Assembly: GCF_006345805.1 (NCBI RefSeq)
Contig: NW_021823776.1
Location: 1-21,178, forward strand
Length of the DNA: 21,178 nt
Direction of reading: 5' to 3'
Origin: Octopus sinensis
Lineage: Eukaryota
Position 1 is the stretch's first letter, and each line of letters begins with the position of its first letter. Positions 10,694 to 19,426 of this stretch are shown here, piece by piece. The notes under the pieces are model-generated. The model was given only the letters and a program-made list of their open reading frames with translations, made no database searches and had not been told where the DNA came from. Position numbers and translations under genes: made by a program.

Positions 10694-11077
10694 AGGCATA
10701 GGAGTGGCTGTATGGTAAGTAGGCTGCTTACGAACCACATGGTTCCGGGTTCAGTCCCACTGCGTGGCAGCTTGGGCAAGTGTCTTCTACTATAGACTCG
10801 GGCCGACCAAAGCCTTGTGAGTGGATTTGGTAGACGAAAACTGAAAGAAGCCCATCGTATATATGTATATATATATGTATATGTGTGTGTATATGTTTGT
10901 GTGTCTGTGCTTGTCCCCCAACATCGCTTGACAACCAATGCTGGTGTGTTTACGTCCCCGTAACTTAGCGGTTTGGCAAAAGACACCGATAGAATAAGTA
11001 CTAGGCTTACAAAGAATAAGTTCTGGGGTCGATTTGCTCGACTAAAGGCGGTGCTCCAACATGGCCACAGTCAAATG
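10694..11077 (+). mobile_element. SINE family B, slightly 3'-truncated
   Basis: Homologous to the 7399-7851 copy up to cagtcaaatg. Confidence 0.85.
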
Positions 11078-11085
11078 TTGACCTG

Positions 11086-11234
11086 TGAAATACAGGTACT
11101 ATTCATATTTGTCAGGGGAGTGGACTGGAGCAACGTGAAATAAAGCGTCTTGCTCAAGGACACGATGCGTCGCTCGGAATCGAACTCACGTTTGTACAAG
11201 CTCAATATCCTAACCACTAAACCACGTGACTTCA
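11086..11234 (-). mobile_element. SINE family D fragment carrying the start of tail type 1
   Basis: Minus strand: TGGTTTAGTGG, GAGTTCGATTCC, GTGTCCTTGAGCAAGACGCTT. It ends in gtacctgtatttca, identical to the reverse complement of 10436-10449. Confidence 0.7.
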
Positions 11235-11315
11235 CGTTCCCAAAAACGGATACATTTTATGTCAATCCGAAATACGTTACTTCAAAGTTTTCCGTGTAGA
11301 ATTAATTACAGGAAC

Positions 11316-11788
11316 AGATGTAGCAGTGGCTGTGTGGTAAGCAGTTTGCTTACGAACCACATGGTTCCGGGTTCAGTCCCACTGCGTGGCACCTTGGGCA
11401 AGTGTCTTCTACTATAGCCTCGGGCCGACCAAAGCCTTGTGAGTGGATTTGGTAGACGGAAACTGAAAGAAGCCCATCGTATATATGTATATAGGCGTAA
11501 GAGTGGCTGTGTGGTAAGTAGCTTGCTAACCAACCACATGGTTCCGGGTTCAGTCCCACTGCGTGGCACCTTGGGCAAGTGTCTTCTACTATAGCCTCGG
11601 GCCGACCAAAGCCTTGTGAGTGGAATTTGGTAGACGGAAACTGAAAGAAGCCCGTCGTATATATATATGTGTGTGTGTGTGTGTCTGTGTGTCTATACGT
11701 TTGTGCCTGTGTTTGTACCCCCAACATCGCTTGACAACTGATGCTGGTGTGTTTACGTCCCCGTAACTTAGCGGTTCGTCAAAAGAGA
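11316..11788 (+). mobile_element. Two tandem family-B SINEs: a 5' half (about 11316-11492) and a 3'-truncated copy (11493-11788)
   Basis: Head and CORE-like segment repeated; the second head begins inside the TA tract of the first (atatatgtatat-aggcgtaagagtggc). Confidence 0.85.
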
Positions 11789-11887
11789 TGTCATAATTTT
11801 TTTTCTATTGATTCTAATGTTGCCTTTGTTCATGCTTTTCTTATTGTTGTTACTGTTGTTAATGTTGCTGTTGAGTGAAGCGATCTA

Positions 11888-12233
11888 CGTCCCAGAGCTC
11901 GCAAGATCGCGCCTCTGTAGTGGGAGAAGTCCGAAACGTGGTCCGTTGCTATTCGTAAGACCCGCAGAAGAGAGCATCGACGGATGGTTGAATGCGCATC
12001 CAGGCTCAACGGTTGAGTAGGAAGTTGGGGGACAAGAAACAGAAAGAAAGAGTGAGAGAAAGTTGGAGCGAAAGAGTCCGCTGCCCAATGAGTACAACCA
12101 CCCCCTGCCGGAGCCTCGTGGAGCTTAGGTGTTTTCGCTCAATAAACACACACAATGCCCGGTCTGGGAATCGAAACCGCGATCCTCCGACCGCGAGTCC
12201 GCTGCCCTAACCACTGGGCCATTGTGCCTCCAC
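11888..12233 (-). mobile_element. SINE family C with a third tail type
   Basis: C head at about 12140-12233. The tail cgtccca...tagtgggagaagt.cgaaa.gtggtc...gctattcgtaagacccgcagaagag is shared with 12431-12495. Confidence 0.75.
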
Positions 12234-12258
12234 TTACTGAGAGGCGCAATGGCCCACT

Positions 12259-12407
12259 GAGTACAACAGGGGTCGCCACCACCCCCTGCCGGAGCCTCGT
12301 GGACCTTTTAGGTGTTTTCGCTCAATAAACACACACAACGCCCGGTCTGGGAATCGAAACCGCGATCCTCCGACCGCGAGTCCGCTGCCCCAACCACTGA
12401 GCCATTG
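12259..12407 (-). mobile_element. SINE family C, 3'-truncated
   Basis: Head and body homologous to 12090-12230. Confidence 0.8.
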
Positions 12408-12430
12408 GACCTTCTGTTGCTGCTGCTCTT

Positions 12431-12680
12431 CGTCCCATAGTGGGAGAAGTTCGAAATGTGGTCATTTGCTATTCGTAAGACCCGCAGAAGAGAAAGCAGG
12501 GGACAAGAAACAGGAAGAAAGAGCGAAAGAGTACAACAGTGGTCGCCACCACCCCTCTGCCGGAGCCTCGTGGAGCTTTAAGTGTTTTCGCTCAATAAAA
12601 ACACACAATGCCCGGTCTTGGAATCGAAACCGCGATCCTCCGACCGCGAGTCCGCTGCCCTAACCACTGGGCCATTGCGC
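12431..12680 (-). mobile_element. SINE family C, tail type 3, internally deleted
   Basis: Homologous to 11888-12233 with deletions. Confidence 0.75.
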
Positions 12681-12779
12681 CCCCCCCCCACTATTGCTGC
12701 TGTTGTTCTACTGCTGGGACTCCTCTTAAGATTGTCCTTACAGTTCCTTCTTTTATTGTTGTTGTAGTGACTGTTGTTA

Positions 12780-12940
12780 GCGTTGTTTTTGTAGATGTTT
12801 TAATGATGTTGTTTTCCAGTTTGTTTTTTGCTGATGTTGTTGTTGTTGTTATTTTTGTTACTATTGTTGTTTATGTCATTGTCGCCGTCGTCGTCGACAC
12901 TATTGTTGTTTTTGTTGTTGTTGTCGCCGCTGCCGCTGCT
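12780..12940. repeat. (GTT)n-rich triplet tract
   Basis: Seen directly. Confidence 0.75.
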
Positions 12941-13109
12941 GCAAGGAAAAACGTGTTCCCTTTTCTCAAACAAGCCATCTGCCTCTTTAACGTAACCCCT
13001 TAACATAAACCCTTCCATCAATTTCATTGCTTTCCCGCCCCCATGTCTCATCGGCCATCCACAAGCCAAACCCACGGCACAACACGCATATATCCACATA
13101 TACACATAC

Positions 13110-13490
13110 ACAGATATATATATATATGTGTGAGTGTGTGTGTGTGTGTATGTGTCTGTGTCTGTGTGTGTGTGTGTCTGTGTCTCTGTGTGTTTGTGTG
13201 TGTGTGAGTGTGTGTGTGTGTGTGGTGTGTGTGTGTGTATGTGTTGTGTGTGTGTGTGCGCGCGTGTGAGTGTGTGTCTGTGTCTCTGTGTGTTTGTGTG
13301 TGTTTGAGTGTGTGTGTGTGTGTCTGTGTGTGTCTGTGTGAGTGTATGTGTGTGTCTCTGTGTGTCTGTGTGTGTCTGTGTGAGTGTATGTGTGTGTCTG
13401 TGTGTGTCTGTGTGTGTCTGTGTGAGTGTATGTGTGTGTCTCTGTGTGTCTGTGTGTGTCTGTGTGAGTGTATGTGTGTCTGTGTGTGGA

Positions 13491-13536
<46 letters not shown>

Positions 13537-13545
13537 TGTGAGTGT
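13110..13545. repeat. Compound (TG)n/(TC) microsatellite with repeated tgtgtgtctgtgtgagtgtatg blocks
   Basis: Seen directly. Confidence 0.95.
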
Positions 13546-13909
13546 ACACGCGTGCCGGAAAACGACCGAATCTTCCATCAGTTTCGACGTTGAATATCCC
13601 AGATGTTCCGTCAACCGAACTACTTTAACGCAATATATTAAAACGGTTGAGTATTCCACGGGAACTGTTACCCTTAGCATCAGCATCAGACAGAATTAGG
13701 ACGACAGGTACCAGCTATTTTGAATCAGAATGACTGTATGCGAAGCGAACTTCCTAACTATGATCCTTGCCTGCGTGTACACGGGTAGGTACACGCATAC
13801 ATATACACACACACATGTGCACACGCATAACTATAGATTTACATAGAGCCATACATTCGTACGCGTGCCCACATGAATTCTGATTGTGACCGCGTGTGTA
13901 CCGTTGGCG

Positions 13910-14088
13910 ATTTTTTTTCCTCCTGTCTTCCCTTCTCAGGATCTTACCTTCTCTTATGTTTCCGACGAAGAGCTCCGCTCGAAACGTTAAACCCTCCTCC
14001 TTCCCTTCCTTCCTGAGCGTCCAATAATACATATTTGTTCCACGTCCTCGCGTTGATGTGTTTTCTCTTAGTGTTTTCATGTTTGGAT

Positions 14089-14093
<5 letters not shown>
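13910..14093 (+). mobile_element. Dispersed element of about 180 bp carrying a hammerhead-like motif, copy 1; possibly derived from a Penelope-like terminal repeat
   Basis: Homologous to 20658-20837 (shared tatgtttccgacgaagagctccgctcgaaacgt, cctgagcg, aataatac, tcctcgcgttg, ggattaact). Both copies run directly into (TA)n. Confidence 0.7.
13958..13992 (+). ncRNA. Minimal type-I hammerhead-ribozyme-like motif, U4C core variant
   Basis: GUUU-CCGACGA-A-GAGC(UCC)GCUC-GAAA-C-GUU-AAAC: helix I 4 bp, helix II 4 bp, palindromic ACGU in place of helix III. Confidence 0.5.
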
Positions 14094-14165
<72 letters not shown>

Positions 14166-14295
14166 TATATTATATATATAATTAAGGGTAGAAATTGATA
14201 TTAATCAATTAAAACCAGTGGCCGAGCATATTATTTTTTTTAATCCGAAGATTAAAATTGTTTCTAAATTTTGTATATATATATATACTTAACTG

Positions 14296-14333
<38 letters not shown>

Positions 14334-14490
14334 ATATATATATATATATATATACACACACATACACAAACACATACATACATATATGTATACTATATAT
14401 ATATTATATTATATATATATATATATTATATATATATATATATATATACATATATATATACATATATATATATACATATATATATACTTA
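14093..14490. repeat. (TA)n microsatellites at 14093-14180 and 14270-14490, separated by an AT-rich spacer
   Basis: Seen directly. Confidence 0.9.
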
Positions 14491-14679
14491 ACTGAAATGT
14501 CTTTTCTAAAATGTGTTTCTTTTTAAGACGACAGGAAAAGTAATTTCTACTCTGTAGGGGACAATAAAGTCACTCGTCCGCTCTTGCTGCTGTTTAGCTC
14601 CCATTGAATACCCACTTGGAAAACTTGTAGACAAAAAGCAATCTAACCGTGACCACATCATCTTTACTGACAGTTTATC

Positions 14680-14907
14680 TTAAACCTTTAACATTCAGAT
14701 TAATCTGTCAAATGTAAAGCCTGTTTAATCACATTGTTTTAAATTAATTGTACAGCATCTTGTAACTCTGTGATTTTGATGATGTCCCTGTTTATTTTTA
14801 GAATGACTTTGTAGGGTAGGTGTGAGAGGTCAGAGCTGGCTGGTTTGAGCATAAAACAGGGAGACAATTTGGGCCTGGTGTGGCCGGTTTAAACACTAAA
14901 GGGTTAA
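14680..14907. mobile_element. piggyBac-type MITE, about 220 bp
   Basis: TTAA at 14680-14683 and 14904-14907; imperfect TIRs acctttaacatt and aacactaaaggg. A TTAA target with CCCT-like termini is characteristic of piggyBac. Confidence 0.55.
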
Positions 14908-14935
14908 ACTACATTATTCTATGTTCTCTCGTTTA

Positions 14936-15076
14936 TACCTATTTCTTTACTACCCACAAGGGGCTAAACACAGAGGGGGCAAACAAGACAGACAAACGGA
15001 TTAAGTCGATTACATCGACCCCAGTTCGTAATGTGGTACTTATTTAATCGACCCCCGAAAGGAGGAAAGACAAAGT
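14936..15076 (-). mobile_element. SINE family A, 5'-truncated
   Basis: Tail and body up to gaaagacaaagt, homologous to other A units. Confidence 0.8.
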
Positions 15077-15223
15077 ACAGATAGTAGAAGTGTTTTGAGG
15101 AAGACCGGTTACTATTTTTAGCCACTCAAACAATCAAGTAAAGACATCATCTATGGTTGAGCCCCTTTTCGACATTATTCGGTGCACCCAGAGACTTTTC
15201 CTCACCCCTAGAGACACAAAGCA

Positions 15224-15448
15224 TACCTATTTCTTTATTACCCACAATGGGTTAAACACAGAGGGGACAAACAAGAACAGACATAGGTATTAAGTCGATT
15301 ACATCGACCCCAGTGCGTAACTGGTACTTAATTTATCGACCCCGAAAGGATGAAAGGCAAAGTTGACCTTGGCGGAATTTGAACCCAGAACGTAGCGGCA
15401 GACGAAATACCGCTAAGCATTTCGCCCAGTGTGCTAACGCTTCTGCCA
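15224..15448 (-). mobile_element. SINE family A monomer
   Basis: One unit plus the head ccgctaagcatttcgcccagtgtgctaacgcttctgcca. Confidence 0.85.
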
Positions 15449-15454
15449 AAAACA

Positions 15455-16052
15455 TACCTATTTCTTTATTACCCACAAAGGGCTATACATAGAGGGGACA
15501 AACAAGGACAGATACAGGTATTAAGTCGATTACATCGACCCCACTGCGTAACTAGTACTTAATTTGTCGACCCCGAAAGGATGAAAGGCAAAGTTGACCT
15601 CGGCGGAATTTGAACTCAGAACGTAACGACAGACGAAATACCTATTTCTTTACTACCCACAAGGGGCTAAACACAGAGGGGACAAACAAGGACAGACAAA
15701 CGGATTAAGTCGATTATATCGACTTCCGTGCGTAACTGGTACTTAATTTATCGACCCCGAAAGGATGAAAGGCAAAGTCGACCTCGGCGAAATTTGAACT
15801 CAGAACGTAGCGACAGACGAAATACCTATTTCTTTACTACCCACAAGGGGCTAAATACAGAGGGGACAAACAAGGACAGACAAACGGATTAAGTCGATTA
15901 CATCGACCCCGTGCGTAACTGGTACTTAATTTATCGACCCCGAAAGGATGAAAGGCAAAGTTGACCTCGGCGGAATTTGAACTCACAAGGTAACGACAGA
16001 CGAATTACGGCTACGCATTTCGCCCGGCGTGCTAATGTTTCTGCCAGCTCGC
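15455..16052 (-). mobile_element. SINE family A trimer with one head
   Basis: Units start at 15455, 15639 and 15823 (184-bp period); direct repeat AAAACATACCT at 15449-15459 and 16058-16068. Confidence 0.88.
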
Positions 16053-16971
16053 AGAACAAAACATACCTCTACGTTGGCAGGTACATGTCTGCCGTTACAG
16101 ATGTATCGTTCGGCTGAGCAAGAGTGCGGACACTCACTGGGCGGTAGGTCGACCGTGTAGGCGTATCGTCTTGCACACGCGCGCGGTAATCGGAGCATGA
16201 CGAGTTCGAGAACATAACCGGGACATGGCTTGCAAACAAAACAACAACAACAGCAACAAATATATTATAAACAACGGAGACAACAATGAAATCGAGATTG
16301 CTAAAAATAACAACAGTAACAATAGCAACAATAGCAACAATGGCAAGTAATAATAATGCCGACAAAAACATCATTAAGGATTCTCCTCCTCTGTCTCCTC
16401 CTTCTATTCTCTTCCTCTTCATCACCATCATATGCGACGTTAATGTTTTACGTTATGTTAGTACACAACCGTCTAAACTAAACACGACGCCACTACCACC
16501 ACAACCAATACAGGCCTTACCATACCCCCACGCACATACGTACGTACATACATACATACATACATACAACAAACTACTCGCGTCATTTGACCCTTGAAAC
16601 CAAACAAACTCCCCCGCCCCAAAGGCAATTCTCCCTTGCCTCCTTTCCATTCATAACAAGGCTCGGATACGCAATAAGGGAACTATAAATTAGCCGAACA
16701 ACTGGGCCTACACGAGCATGTTTAATGAAGAGGTCACTTCAGGAGAGGGTGAGGGAGAGAGATGAAGGGAGAGAGAGCCTTGTAGAAGGGGCCGCACTAC
16801 AATAACAACTTCAACAGCAGCAGTAATAACTACAATGGGAAAGCTTTTGTAAGAGCCTCCTAAGGGATCACGGGAGTAAATGAGGGAGCTTCTATGTTCT
16901 CGCATTATCTGCAAAATTTAGCAACAATAAATAAATTCCGTAAATAAATCCCCTTCTATCTGTTATAATAA

Positions 16972-17254
16972 GGCCCTCATGAGCCTGTGACGGAACTTCT
17001 AAATAGTCTCGACAAACACCCTACTGTCCATAAAAAGGGGTCTATGTAAATGTAAGAAACCTAATATACAATCATTTGACTGTTCAGCAAATATTCCACT
17101 GATTTTGAAGGACCTCATGAGCCTGTGACGGAACTTCTAAATAGTCTCGACAAACACCCTACTGTCCATAAAAAGGGGGCTATGTAAAAGTAAGAAACCT
17201 GATATACAGTCATTTGACCGTTCAGTGTATCACAAATATTCCACTGATTTTGAA
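16972..17254. repeat. Two-copy tandem duplication, period 138 bp
   Basis: gg.cctcatgagcctgtgacggaacttctaaatagtctcgacaaacaccc starts at 16972 and 17110; the second copy has an extra gtatcac-type insertion. Confidence 0.92.
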
Positions 17255-17451
17255 ACGGGGCCCATATTATCTACAGAGGAAATTTTCGCATAATCGTTCT
17301 GTCTTACAACAACCTATTTTAATAATAGCTACTGCATGAACCTGGGGTTTCCTATACGTTTCCATTTGTTTCTATGTTGTCTCAATGTATTTGCATTTCT
17401 AAATCAGTGACTGTGGTTGCTGTGAAAAACGTTAAATATTATTATTTGCAG

Positions 17452-17522
17452 AGGGTCTCCTTCATCGAAAACCGGTGTTTACCATGCGTTGACGAGAGGC
17501 AATTACCTTGAAACTATAGTCC
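17452..17522 (+). other. Weak candidate internal exon, 71 nt
   Basis: Acceptor tattattatttgcag, donor GTACGT, and a single open frame GSPSSKTGVYHALTRGNYLETIV. The peptide is not recognised. Confidence 0.25.
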
Positions 17523-18032
17523 GTACGTATCACTTAGGTTTTCGAGGGAGGATGACCTCCCTTTGCAAATAACACAAGGGCACTGAAATTTTGTGTCTAA
17601 GGCCAGCTGGTGACGTTGATCTCCTGGGGCTAAAAGCATCAGTAACACCCCATCCCCAGTACCCTGCCACCGTGGCTAGCCACATTCAGATGGCTAGTAC
17701 ACTTTACGTTGTCAATGTATTTGTTTTGATTAATAAAGAAATCAGAAGCTCAAGAGAGGTTCTCATATCCTTTCTACAGACTTAGATTGGTTGGACTGAT
17801 GCAAATCTCGTAGAAGGAGAATTTGGTTCTCTGCTGGTGCAGACCCAATCTTTGTAATTCCCTTTCCATTTCACTCTTCTGTTATCACACTGGTTATTGC
17901 TAGCATGTTTTTTTTTTCTTCTTCTCTCGTTTCTACTCTGGACGCATTCAACTTATAAAGCGGACAGCAATCCGATGTTTTAAGCATAGAAATCGTCTGC
18001 TGGGAACCATTGCATCTGTCCATGCAACTGGG

Positions 18033-18901
18033 TATACTATTCTATGCCACTCAGTAAGCAAAGTCTAGTTGGAACAGGATGTCCTTTGCCTACTTCCTGT
18101 AGAATAAACCTTGAGCTTCTTTGGAGTCCAACCAATTTAAGTCTGTAGAAAGGATATATATTATTCTATGCCACTCAGTAAGCAAAGTCTAGTTGGAACA
18201 GGATGTCCTTTGCCTACTTCCTGTAGAATAAACCTTGAGCTTCTTTGGAGTCCAACCAATTTAAGTCTGTAGAAAGGTTATATATTATTCTATGCCACTT
18301 AGTAAGCAAAGTCTAGTTGGAACAGGATGTCCTTTGCCTACTTCCTGTAGAATAAACCTTGAGCTTCTTTGGAGTCCAACCAATTTAAGTCTGTAGAAAG
18401 GATATATATTATTCTATGCCACTCAGTAAGCAAAGTGTAGTTGGAACAGGATGTCCTTTGCCTACTTCCTGTAGAATAAACTTTGAGCTTCTTTGGAGTC
18501 CAACCAATCTAAGTCTGTAGAAAGGATATATACTATTCTATGCCACTCAGTAAACAAAGTGTAGTTGGAACAGGATGTCCTTTGCCTACTTCCTGTAGAA
18601 TAAACTTTGAGCTTCTTTGGAGTCCAACCAATTTAAGTCTGTAGAAAGGATATATACTATTCTATGCCACTCGGTAAGCAAAGTGTAGTTGGAACAGGAT
18701 GTCCTTTGCCTACTTCCTGTAGAATAAACCTTGAGCTTCTTTGGAGTCCAACCAATTTAAGTCTGTAGAAAGGATATATACTATTCTATGCCACTCAGTA
18801 AGCAAAGTGTAGTTGGAACAGGATGTCCTTTGCCTACTTTCTGTAGAATAAACCTTGAGCTTCTTTGGAGTCCAACCAATTTAAGTCTGTAGAAAGGATA
18901 T
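18033..18901. repeat. 124-bp tandem repeat, 7 copies
   Basis: tattctatgccact starts at 18038, 18162, 18286, 18410, 18534, 18658 and 18782. Confidence 0.97.
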
Positions 18902-19143
18902 GAGAACAGCTCTTGAGCTTTTGATTTCTTTATTAATCAAAACAAATACATTGAGACAACATAGAAACAAATGCGTCCAGAGTAGAAACGAAATAGATTT
19001 ACAAAAAAGTTTATATCGAGATAACAGGCTCATTATAGTTGGGTAGATATAGAAAAAAAAAATAATTGCAGCGTGGAAGGTGTTTATAAGCCATTTAAGA
19101 AACACACAAAAGCCGTTCGATTCACTTCAACATTTAAGTTTAA

Positions 19144-19194
19144 TTTGTCAAAATATTTTCGTCGCTTTAAGACCGCGACCTCTTCACTGACAAA
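19144..19194 (-). ncRNA. Hammerhead-like motif in arm 1, core GUGAAGA (G3/G8 mismatch, predicted inactive)
   Basis: Minus strand UUUGUCA-GUGAAGA-G-GUCGC(GGUCUUAAA)GCGAC-GAAA-AUA-UUU-UGACAAA. Confidence 0.45.
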
Positions 19195-19211
19195 AATCCG
19201 TGCTGCATCTC

Positions 19212-19259
19212 TTGTCAGTGAACAGGTCGCGGATTTTAGCGACGAAAATATTTTGACAA
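19212..19259 (+). ncRNA. Minimal type-I hammerhead-like motif in arm 2, G3:C8 core
   Basis: UUGUCA-GUGAACA-G-GUCGC(GGAUUUUA)GCGAC-GAAA-AUA-UUU-UGACAA: helix I 6 bp, helix II 5 bp, palindromic AAUAUU. Confidence 0.6.
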
Positions 19260-19375
19260 ATTAAACTTAAATGTTGAAGTGAATCGAACGGCTTTTGTGT
19301 GTTTCTTAAATGGCTTATAAACATCTTCCACGCTGCAATTGTCTATATATATATAAACCTTATTCAGCATGGATT

Positions 19376-19426
19376 TTTGTCAGTGAACAGGTCGCGGTCT
19401 TAAAGCGACGAAAATATTTTGACAAA
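19376..19426 (+). ncRNA. Minimal type-I hammerhead-like motif in arm 3, G3:C8 core
   Basis: UUUGUCA-GUGAACA-G-GUCGC(GGUCUUAAA)GCGAC-GAAA-AUA-UUU-UGACAAA: helix I 7 bp, helix II 5 bp. Confidence 0.62.

Noticed and set aside
11915-11950. Hammerhead-like ctgtagtg-gga(gaag)tcc-gaaacgtggtc
   Set aside because: The core deviates at A6 and A9, no helix I can form, and the second copy at 12438 loses the motif.
13550-13760. Unique-looking stretch as a coding exon
   Set aside because: No convincing acceptor, short open frames, and no recognisable peptide.
17764-17860. Exon after the strong acceptor-like tcctttctacag
   Set aside because: All three frames reach a stop within about 35 nt, and the motif is part of the inverted repeat and satellite unit.
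18033-18901. Hammerhead or retrozyme within the 124-bp repeat (CTGTAGA motifs)
   Set aside because: A6 is not conserved and no helix II followed by GAAA is present on either strand.
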